Below are positions 50,786 through 61,186 of a stretch of DNA of 64,000 nt, piece by piece. The notes under the pieces are model-generated. The model made no database searches and was not told where the DNA came from. It saw nothing but the letters and a program-made list of their open reading frames with translations. A program made the translations under genes and the position numbers. The DNA comes from Massalongia carnosa (lineage: Eukaryota): the NCBI GenBank assembly GCA_965645245.1, contig OZ287086.1, positions 248,001-312,000 of the forward strand. Reading direction: 5' to 3'. How positions within the stretch are numbered: the first letter of the stretch is position 1; every line of letters starts with the position of its first letter.

Positions 50786-53675
50786 AGCATCCTCGTATAT
50801 CTCGATCGCTCGTACTATACTCTCGGCAGTAGATACCAGCCGCGTAACGCAGACCAACTGCTTTCCATATGACTAAGCCTAGCCGTAGAACTAAGCCCCG
50901 CTTAGTTAGCTTAGCCCTTATTCCTTCTATGCCCTGACAATTGCCTCCTCTCCTATAGTGCTGGTCCTCCAGCACGTACAGTACTCGAACGCGGAAGGGA
51001 GTGTGTAGGGACGTGATAGAAGATGTCGCGTAGATAGCAAGTTTGTTGTGTAGAAAGCGCGAATACCTGGCGCTTGACGTAGGTAGATGTAAATATCACT
51101 AGCTTCTCGGTAATGCTGGGTCGCCGATGCCGCTCCAAGCGCTAGAAGTAGCGGAGAAGGGGACGATGGCGATTATCAGCAGAGATCCGAGCTCGGTAAC
51201 GCTAGCGTTGGTGGTTTGTTGATTTAGGTGAAGACGGTGAGGAGTACGAGACTGTTGTCTCCGAAAGCTCCTCCAGCGAGAGTCTCAAGGAAGAAAAGGG
51301 TGATGAGGAGTCGGACGAGGAAGTAGAAGATACTGATGGTGATGATGAGGTGCCGGACGAGAAAGCAGAAGGTTCCGATGGTGATGAGATGGCGAATAAG
51401 AAGGGTTTCGCTGGATTCAGCGAGTAACCTGTAGTTTCTTGATTCGCCTGCGCTTTGCTTTCGGCTTTGCATCGAAATCCTGCTTCAGTTCTAAGGCTCC
51501 ATCCAGATCTTTCTCTGGTACCCACTCATCATATTCTTCAGGGTATCCTACCCATTTTACCTTATAGAATATTTCCCCTTTCTCAGACCTTCTACCTATA
51601 ATTTCTTCCACTTCCCATTCCTGTTCATCGTTAATAATTTCAGGTGGGGGTAGAAACGGTATATGCTCTTGACCATCTCTTCGCTTGTAAGGTTCTAGGT
51701 AAGAGACATGAAAGACCGGGTGAATTCTATAAGTCGTAGGAAGAGCAAGACGATACGCCTGCTTGCCGACTGCTTCTAGAATGCGAAAAGGACCTAAAAA
51801 CTTATGTGAAAGTTTCTTACTAGGCCTTTTTTGTTTTAGATTCTTGGCAGATAACATTACCAAGTCCCCTTCATTGAAATCTTTCTCGAGATGTTTCCTG
51901 TTGTAGTACTTGGCCTGCGCTTCGGATACGCCTTTCCAGCGTGCCTCTAAAGAATATCTGAACTCGTGTAATTGCTTTACTCGTTCTTTCGCAGCGGGCA
52001 CCCTCTCCACAGCGATGTCGTCCCCGACTTCGTAGCGAATCTCCGGGTTATAGCCGTACATACAATAAAAGGGGCTGCACCCAAGCGTACTTTGATAACT
52101 GACTTGGTAGACAAATTGTGCTAGGGGCAATAGTGCCACCCAGTTGGATTGATTGTCAGTGCAGTAAACTCTCAAATAGTGTTCAAGGGTCTGGTTTTGT
52201 CGTTCGGTTTGGCCATCAGTTTGAGGGTGAAAGGCCGTGCTAAGCCGGCGTTTCGTCTTTAAATGAAAACAAATTTCTGACCAGTACTCACTGGTAAAGA
52301 CCCACCCTCTATCCGATACTATGCCCTCAGGAGCGCCGAACTGTAATACTACCGATTCAAACAGAATTTCTGCCAGGTCCACTGCATAGATTTTTTTCGT
52401 AACCGGGATGTATAGCGCCATTTTGGTATATCTATCCACAATTACTAGGCACGAGTCATAAACCCGGCCGAAACGCTTGCTAGGTGGAAACCCAGTTATG
52501 AAATCCATAGTGATTTCTTTCCAAGGACCGGAAGGACGTGGAAGCGATTGCATAACCCCGTAAGGTCGGTGCCTAGGCGCCTTCGTCCTTTGACAAATGT
52601 CGCAGGATTCCGTGTACTTCTTCACAGTCTTGTTAAGTCTTTTCCAATAGTATTTGCGGGTAAGCAACTCAGCTGTTTTCTCCGCACCAAAATGACCCGC
52701 GAGCTCGTCGTCATGATGACGCCGCAACAGCTCCGCACGAATAGATTCTTCATCGGGCACGTAAATTCTGCCACGATGATTGAGAAGATCATTGCTATCT
52801 ATAGTCCAAATTGCTTCGGGGGAGCGACCACCCTTGCGCTTCAAATACTTAGCAACGGTTTCTCGCCTGCTAGACACAAATGCGTCTTTCCCCTGTAGCG
52901 CCTTGATGAGTTCAAGCACTGACTTGGAAGCACTTTCCAAAGGCTTTTCTTCATCTGATAAGGCAACAGCTACAGCCCGGGGAATACATTGCGTCAAGCC
53001 GACTTCAAAAATATCACTCTCTTCGTCAAGAGAAGTAATTGATTTAGAGGTTTCACCCTCTAAATTCTCCAGGGGTTCAATCCCGGACGAAGCTATCTTT
53101 GAGCGAAGATCATACCTAAGTGCGGCAAGCACCGTACGAATTCCCGGCGTATAACCTACGCATAAGGAATCTATTTTGCTCAGCTTCTTTTGAAGAGTAG
53201 GCAACAATCTCGTCACCTCGGTGTTGATGCTCTGATAATCAGGGCGCCTAGACGGTGCATCGGCAGGATTGGTCTTTCCCGAGCGATGCATGATTACGAA
53301 ATCCTAAGCGGCTAACTTCATAGCCCATCGCGCTTGCCGACCACTCAACACCTTAATATTCATAAAACCCCTCAAATTGTTGTGATCTGTCAGGACCTCA
53401 ACGGGGTGCAGGCTACCCTCCAGGTAATGCCTCCAGTGTTTAAAACACATCACAATGGCCAGCAACTCTTGATCATGGGTTTCATAGCTGCGCTCGGCCG
53501 GTATCATCTTCCGCGAGTAGAAAGCGACGGGATGCCATTGCCCATCCTTCTGCAACTGGGAGATAATGCCAGAGATTCCGAAATCCGCTGCATCGGTCTC
53601 TAGGCGAATGAGCAGTTCTGGATCGAAGTGAACCAAGATGGGCGCGCCCTGAAAGGCTTCTTTCAGCTTGCTAAA

Positions 53676-53838
53676 TGTAGAAGTATGAGGTTATATATTT
53701 TTGTTATATTGATGATTCTATGACTCTACTTCTAAGGTCTGAAATCCTCCTAGTCCAGGATGCGTGCCGCATACCGGAATAGGTCTACTGTTACACGTGA
53801 CCATAATAATGTCTAGCGCCATAGGTTGGTATCCAACA
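53676..53838. mobile_element. Short solo LTR (163 bp) inserted in the gypsy RT-RNase H connection region
   Basis: TGTAG...CCAACA with a perfect TSD CTAAA. It splits pol between ORFs 53718-55268 and 53304-53636. Confidence 0.9.
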
Positions 53839-56800
53839 CTAAACGCTTCCGCTCCTTCGGCCGTAAGATAAAAAGTACCCCTTTTTATCCCAGCCTGCAT
53901 GCCTTTCAGCATGTCAGTCAATGGCCTAGTGATTTGAGAATAATGACGTATGAAACGTCGATAGAAATTGGCGAATCCTAGAAAGACCTGAATGTCTCGA
54001 AAGGACTGAAGTGCAGGCCAATCCCGCACGGTTTCAACCCGGCGTGGATCCATGGAGATACCATCGCTGCTAATGATAAACCCTAGATATTCCACGGCCG
54101 GAGCAAAGAACTCGCACTTTTTAAGATTTGCATAGAGATCGTGTTTCCTTAGACGACGTAATACCTCTTTAACATGCTCCACATGGCTGGTTCTATCTTT
54201 GGAAAATACCAATATATCGTCCAGATAGACTACGCAGAAAACATCCACGATCCCAGATAAAGCTTTATTGATGTAAGCTTGAAAAGTTGCAGGGGCGTTG
54301 GCTAATCCAAAAGGCATAACCATATACTCGTAGTGTCCGTAACGGGATCGAAATGCCGTCTTCCACTCGTCGCCCTTGCGGATTCGGAGACGATGATAAG
54401 CATCTCGCAAATCCATTTTGGTAAAATAGGAACACCCGTTTAACTGATCCAGTATCTGCGTGATAAGAGGGAGCGGATGACGATTCTTTTTGGTCACCTT
54501 ATTCAATCCTCGATAGTCAACGCAGAGGCGCAGAGTACCGTCATTCTTAGGCACAAATAGTATTGGTGCACCTGCAGAACTGGTGGAGTGCCGGATCCAA
54601 CCCTTCGCCAGGGCGTCGTCAAGATATTCCCGAAGAGTCTTAAGCTCCGTATTCGATAAGTTGTATAAAGGACCATAAGGTGGATCACCGCCTTCTAAAT
54701 CGATAGCGTGGTCACAGTCCTTGTGCGTAGCTAATTGATTGGCTCTGTCCTTAGAAAAAACATCCTGGAATTCAACAAATTCCACAGGTATCCTCTGCGT
54801 TTCGTTGGTGTTCCGGCTGTTGTTCTCATCAACAGCGCCAACATTAACAGGTTGTCTTTCGGAAGAAGGTGCAATGGGTTGAGCCACTATAGCATAGAGT
54901 GGTGCCCCGGAATCCAGGGTCTTCGCAAACTGTTTAGGCTTGCATAACTCGAACATATCAGACTGAAAGCCATAACGCCAGCGCTTCGCTCCATAATCGA
55001 TTACGATACCCAGCTGTTTGAGACCAGGGAGACCCAACACCAAGTCAGGGCCCTGTTTGTCAATTGCGTAAAACACGCTGGTAAAGGTGCGCTGTCGTTC
55101 CCAAGTATCCTCGAGAGCCATTACTACCTCATAAGCTCCATAGCAGTAAACCCCTTTATCATCCATGAATTGAGGAGCAGGTAGTTCGCTTTCAATAGGT
55201 CTAAGATCTGAAGCGACGGCGAATCCCTGATTAATCACATTAATCTCGGCTGCTCCATCAAGCAACACTGTCGCCGGGTATTTTTGGCCTCCGCTCGTTA
55301 TAGTCCCCTTAGGAATTAGGCTTGGCTCGCTTTCTACTGATCTTTTCCCTCCATCGGCTGGCGAGCTTTCCGTGGAGGTTTGGCTTTTCCCGACTTTGCG
55401 ACGGCGTTCACACCGTGCTTCGGCTCCTTGTCGTCTTTAGGAGGGTTGGGACACTTGTTGGCGTAGTGACCCTGTTCTCCGCAGCGATAACATGTCACCT
55501 CGTCGGTACTTTCCTTTGTCTCAGCATGCTTTCTTTTCTGACCCGTTTTACCGTCTTTCGTAGGTTTTGGTTTGTCAGTGTCCTTTATCTCCTCGTTCCT
55601 CTTATCTCTATGTGATTTAGTGCGAGGGGGGTGAGAACCATTTGGACGCTCATGCTTCGACGTCGTTAAGACATCGTTTTCTCTTTTCTGATTGTTTTCC
55701 AGCCTACTAGCCAGAGTCACCAGAGCTTCTCTAGTCCTTGGAATATTCTGATAGTTGCCTATAGCTGCTCTAATAGACGGCCGCAACTTAGTAAACAGAT
55801 GAGTCGCTCTTTGTTCTTCGGTATAGGAGGGCAACTAGTCCTCGAGGCTACTCAAGTGCGCCTCGAAAGCTCTTACCGTTTGCTTCTCTCCTTGCTTGGC
55901 TTCGGCAAATAATTGAGCCATATGCAGACCTCGATTAACTGGGTCCTCGACAATATTTAACAAGAATTTCAAGTACTCTTCGAAGGTATAATTGTGCATT
56001 TCACCGTCTGCCTCATATCGATGCCAAGCTTTCTTAGGCTCCCCTTCCAGCGATTGCATTGCGAAAGCGATCTTGGATTCATCATCTGGGAAGTCCTCTT
56101 TTGCCACGCGAAACGCCACTCTGCAGTTCCGCTCATAATCCAGATGTTCCTTGACCGTTTTTCCATGATAGGGACTGACTTTCTCGGGTCTAGCAGCGCG
56201 TCTCCTGTAAACAACAACAGGTACTGACTGGCTACTCGTCATCTCTACATCGTCGTCAGAACGAGGGTTAATGGCTCCTCTCATTACCGGTTCCTTGGAT
56301 GATTCGGTAGGGTTTGGAGGTTTCGAAGGCTTTTGAGTTTGTTCTTGCAGTTGCTCAATACTGGCTTTCAAATTCCTCAGACGTACTTCCTTCTTAAGTT
56401 CGCTACGCCTGCGCTCAGCTTGCGCTATCTGTTCGTCCAACGTCAGGGGTTGAATGGGTTCGACTACTTTTTCCATTGGGGTCAGGGCTCCTCTTCCAGG
56501 GCCCTCAGAATCCGAAAGTTCTTCGATCCGCTCCTCCGGCATCATGGTTTCAGAGGCAACTTCTTGCGCGGACATGGCGGGACGATAGTGTATAGAAGGT
56601 GTATAAATGTGTCAACGGATCGTCACTCCTTGAAGGATAGAACGATTAGAATTGTAAGAGTCAGACCTGGCGATTATCAGACACCAGGCCTAGGGATATG
56701 TGACAATGTGAAGACACTAATGATTTGCTATACTAATATACTAAAAGAAGTATGTAGGTAAAGCGGAAGACTAATCGTTGAAGATTGCATCTCCCTCGAG

Positions 56801-56925
56801 CAGCCTCCTTATATACCCGGACCGAAGCCCTTATTCCTTCTATGCCCTGACACTCCGGCTGAAATTGCTTCGGTTCGAACCCGTCAAGAGGTGCTCAAGG
56901 CTCAGAAAGAACAGGAGAAGCTTAA

Positions 56926-57224
56926 TGTGAGGCGAAGTACGAACAGTGTGATTATATGGCTCTACAGTAGTGGTAGGACAATAGAATAGGAGTCGCTATG
57001 GAATAGCAGTAGGTGGAGTGTAATCAATAGATTGATTAGTGGCCCTCCGAAAGAGGTGGGCGAAGGGCTCTTTATCCTATAGCCCCACCTTGATCAGGCC
57101 ACGTTCGTCAAACTAATTACTATTAAATGATTGGACCGGTTGAGACTATCGCATGGGTGTCTTCCCGCGCACCCCCTGCAGAAGGGTGCGACCGCTTCAT
57201 GTCTTGTAGGAAGCTGTCCTGACA
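56926..57224. mobile_element. Solo LTR in the pogo 3' coding region
   Basis: TGTGAGG...CCTGACA with flanks CTTAA/CTTGA (4/5). Confidence 0.75.
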
Positions 57225-57899
57225 CTTGAAAAGGAAGTAGAGCGTCAAAATCGGGCTGCTGAGAGGGAGCGCAAAGCTCAGGAAGCTCAGGAATGGCGCG
57301 AAACTAGGCAGAAGACTCGGGCTGAAAAGCTGTAGCAGAAGCAGCGCGAAAATGAAGCTCGTACGAAGCAGAAGGAGCTTAACAAGCAGCTTAGGCTTGA
57401 AAAGCAGTCAGAAAAGGATCAAAAGAAGCAAGCTACTATAGCTAGAAAGCGAAACTGGAGGATACAACTCCTATAGAGCCGAAACTGCCGGAGACGAGAG
57501 TAGCTCGTAGCGGGCGCACTGTAGTGATTCCTTCCAAGTTTAAGGAGTAGAAAATAGCTGTATTGTATTTATATAATGCTATTTACCCTCTCATATAATT
57601 TTTATAGCTTTATTTTCATTTTTCATAGAGATATTCTAGTTTTAGGCTGTAATTACCATTTCTGGAGGGGTGTTCATCCTGTGATAAAATACGTTATATT
57701 GTCGGACAAGCGATCAGTCCGAATTGACCGATCGGACAAGCGTTATGCCTTAAAACGTCCGATGTGATCGGGTCGGGAGACCGGGCCGGGTTCAAATTCA
57801 ACCCGACGGTCATTTTAGTAGAGAATAATCATTTAAAAAAGAAGACTAATTTATAACAACTCATCATTTTATAAATCAAGATCATATACATTGTTTTTT

Positions 57900-59622
57900 A
57901 TTATATAATCATTTAATCATAATTGTAATAGGGTAGGCATAGTATGCGTTCGTTGAACGTAAGACTGGTCTATATAGCTATTTGGGATACGTACAGCTAA
58001 AACAACTACTAAGACAATAAGGTCCCGCCTAACCCAGTTAGGCATAGTGTGGGGACTAAATTTATTATTGAGGTGTTTTCGTAGTTCACGAAGTATCCCC
58101 TCGCCTCGCCTCACCTCCCATAGCTCGCCTGCCTAGTCTAATCTACCCAAGTATTTCGGTAACGGAAGTATTTCGGAGTCCGAAAATACCAGGTAGTATA
58201 GGCAAGATACGGAAGAAGAGCTTAGGTTGTGGATTGTCCTATTCTATATAGATCAATAATTAAGCACTTCAAAAGGGTAGTATTTCATCTACCCTTTGAC
58301 CCGACCCTACCTATTAATACCTCTTGTGTGACCATTACGTTGTGGAAGGATGAACTGGGTGGTGTGCGTGGTCTACTACTGCTAGGAGTGCAAGAGAATA
58401 AACAAACAAGAGAAGAACAGAACAATAGAATAAGAACAATAGCTAGACTGATCTCTGTAAGCCTCGCGCCTCGTTCCTGATGCCTCGTGCCTGTGAACTG
58501 TATGTGTTGATGTTATGTGTTGTAGCTATTGCTACGAGCATGCTTGCTCTAAAAGGAAAATGTAATACGGATGGCGCTAGAGGGATACGTGATCGCCTAT
58601 GGCGGTTGCGGGATTAACTAGCGTGGACCATGCCGTAGTACGAAGTCGCATAAGCCGTCGAGGCTGACACACTGCCATCTTGCCCCGAAACTTCGGAGTT
58701 ATTGTTATCACGTTCTTGACTACTTACAGATCAAACACCTGTCGAGGCCGTGGTGGTAGATTGCCATGGAGTGTAAGGCGGACTCCTGTGGAGACGCCAA
58801 GGAACTCTATATGGGATCTACTGGCCTACTCGGAGCTACTGGATCTCTTGATGGTTCAAGAGAGGTAGCAGGAGGCACGGCTCGCTGGACGCAGCTTGAG
58901 CTAGGCTCCCCGATGTAAACTTCAGCTTCAACCTTTATTACTACGTTGGTAGTGATGTCGGCTGAATGAACCTACATGACCTCGTTGTCTAGACCTTGTG
59001 TCTAGAGGCAGGTCCGCAGTGTAGCGAGGTATTCAGTCGGAGGTAACCTTCCATCACTAGGTAGTGGTGACGGCGAAATGAAGCTACATAGCCTGAGGCA
59101 TGTAGTGAGGGATCTAGCCGGGGGTAGAATTGTTCTACCTTGCAAGGGAAGATCTAGAAGGCTGCTCGAGGCTGACTAGATGGTCCAGCGAACGCCGAGT
59201 TCGTGGATGGATCCTGAGGGATGGTTGGATGTAATGCGATAAAGTCGGATGTGGATTGCAAGGCTGTAATGCTCGCAAGACTCCCAAGGCTTGCAAGGCT
59301 CCTAAGGTTCCAAGGCTCCCTAGGCTATAGGCTTGGGGTGAGTAGGATAAATATCAGAACGAATCTTGTAGTATTCGTTAGCAATTAGTCTTTATTCTAT
59401 GAACAACCTACGTTTGGGTCTCGGACGAGATCTCTTGGTCTAAGCACTTCCACATCCATTAGTTCTTTGGATCACGTATACTCTCGGAGACTAGCACGTA
59501 GTAGCTATCTTCCTCCTCTCACGCTGAGCATTTCCCCTTTCGAGATCAGTGTCGCTCGTGATAAGCTTACTGGTCTCGTAGCCCATTACAGAAAAGAACT
59601 ATCTATAACTAAACTAAAAGAG
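57900..59622 (-). mobile_element. Heavily decayed LTR-retroelement relics (possible gag remnant and LTR-like segments 58327-58667 and 59367-59622)
   Basis: Stop-rich sequence, TG..CA-bounded segment without a TSD, and a PKFRG-like gag remnant near 58690. Weak support. Confidence 0.3.
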
Positions 59623-59941
59623 TGTCATGGTGTGAGCGCGAGATGCTCTGCTAAGCGATACCTCCCGACACGCTAAATGTTTTAGGTATCGCGTTAGCCT
59701 TAGTGGGGAGCTAACCGCATTCAGGTAAGGAAATGGGTTCCGGGAGTTACATGGAAAATCTCTGCAGCAATTGATGCTTTCTTCCTTGTGTTCGTCTTGT
59801 CTATCTAGTATAGTCATAGCTAGCAATGCCACCACCTTCACCACCTGAATAGGCCCCCCCGTTGCCGCCTCGTCACATTACGAACACCTCACCCGTGTTC
59901 AGGTGGTGCTCCGTTCCTCGTTTCTCATTCACCTCTTTAGT

Positions 59942-61186
59942 ATGGCTTCCAGTTCCTCGTCCAAGATAGCCACGCCCCGTTCCGAATCAAGTCCTGGCCT
60001 TTCCCCCCCAAGCTTCGATGACGAGGATTCTCTCGCCCCTCATGTTGCATCTATTGAGGCCTGGAGTCAATCGGTCCAAAAATTCCCTCATGAATGGTAT
60101 CATCAGGCCATTCAGTCCGCCAACCGATCAGCGACCCTTCAGGGCTTTCTAACGGAAAAATCAAATCAGTATGACTTTCTGGAAGCTGAGCATAATAATA
60201 TCCGTAGCCAGTTGCAGACCTCCAATAACGAGAACATCGCCTCTCGAGCCACCATCGCCAGCCTCCGTCAGCAGATCAGTGACCATCATCATCAACCCAC
60301 CGCCCAGCGCGAGGCGCGCTCAGAGAAATTGCCGGACATCCCGAAGTTCTCGGGCAAGAAGGACGAGTTGCGCGAGTGGGTCACCCAGCTTAACCTGAAG
60401 CTCTTTGTGAATCAAGACCGTTTCACGAATCCCAAAGCCGGCCTTCTGTACGCCATCAGCCGCTTAGAGGGTCGTGCCATGGCGCAAGTGCAACCCTACG
60501 TCAAGTCTCACAACGAAGTGAGTATCCCCGATGTGGCAGGGTTATTGGCTATGTTGGAGAGGGCCTTTGGGGACCCGGACAAAAAGGCCACGGCACAGCG
60601 GGAACTGCGGTCCCTGCGCCAGGCCAATAAGGAATTCCATGTCTACCTCTCGGACTTCCAGCGTATTGCCCCGGATACCAATTTCGACGAGGAGGCAATG
60701 CGCTCAGCTCTGCTGGAAGGCATCAGTGACGAGCTGAAGCAGCTCATGGTTACCCAAATCACTCCCGAGGACCTCGACGAACTGGTGACCCTCCTCCAAC
60801 GGCTAGACACCCGCCAACGGAATGTCAATGCTTCCCTCCGGAAGCCATACCCCCCCCGGTCCGCCCCACCTTCTTCTGGTGTGGGGACCCCCCCTCATAA
60901 CCCCCTGTCGGGAGGAGTCGCCCTCCCCCGATCCGTCTCTTCTTCCGCCGCCTCCCCGTCTCCCCTTCCGGCCGCCGAGCCAATGGACCTCTCCGCCACA
61001 CACAGAGGTAAGTTACCTCAAGCAGAAGTCACCCGTCGGATGAACGAAGGGTTGTGCCGCTACTGTGGGGGGTCAGGACATTTTGCGGCCGTCTGCCCTC
61101 GAAAGGGAGAAACCAAGCCGCGAACCTCTCGGCTGAACGAGTCCTCTCTAGCTGAGGTCTCGGAAAACGCGTCGTCTTCGGGCTAA
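59942..61186 (+). CDS. gag: Gypsy Gag
   Basis: PDIPKFSG, LRQ..YLSDFQRIA, EPMDL and zinc knuckle CRYCGGSGHFAAVC. Confidence 0.92.
   Translation: MASSSSSKIATPRSESSPGLSPPSFDDEDSLAPHVASIEAWSQSVQKFPHEWYHQAIQSANRSATLQGFLTEKSNQYDFLEAEHNNIRSQLQTSNNENIASRATIASLRQQISDHHHQPTAQREARSEKLPDIPKFSGKKDELREWVTQLNLKLFVNQDRFTNPKAGLLYAISRLEGRAMAQVQPYVKSHNEVSIPDVAGLLAMLERAFGDPDKKATAQRELRSLRQANKEFHVYLSDFQRIAPDTNFDEEAMRSALLEGISDELKQLMVTQITPEDLDELVTLLQRLDTRQRNVNASLRKPYPPRSAPPSSGVGTPPHNPLSGGVALPRSVSSSAASPSPLPAAEPMDLSATHRGKLPQAEVTRRMNEGLCRYCGGSGHFAAVCPRKGETKPRTSRLNESSLAEVSENASSSG

Larger units (their letters stand above)
50445..56852 (-). mobile_element. Ty3/gypsy chromovirus, full length, with disabling stops and an insertion
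   Basis: LTRs 50445-50939 and 56653-56852, TSD CTCCG, PPT adjacent to 50940. Gag 56575-55334 has an in-frame TAG at 55835 and CYRCGEQGHYANKC. Pol has LLDGAAE, YLDDIL, ETDA, integrase and chromodomain EWEVEEII..KVKWVGY..W. Confidence 0.97.
49092..57694 (+). mobile_element. pogo/Fot1-like transposon (degenerate) containing a nested gypsy element and a solo LTR
   Basis: TIR ACGTATCTTATTACCGGATGAAC versus GTTCATCCTGTGATAAAATACGT, with TA on both sides. ~17-bp subterminal repeats at 49100-49180. Transposase starts at 49225 (HTH, IIDGHSSH, QPLDVGIF) and resumes after 56852. Confidence 0.9.

Noticed and set aside
57700..57820. Helitron or hAT terminus (repeated TCGGACAAGCG and hairpin CGGGTT..AACCCG)
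   Set aside because: No matching opposite end or transposase in the window.
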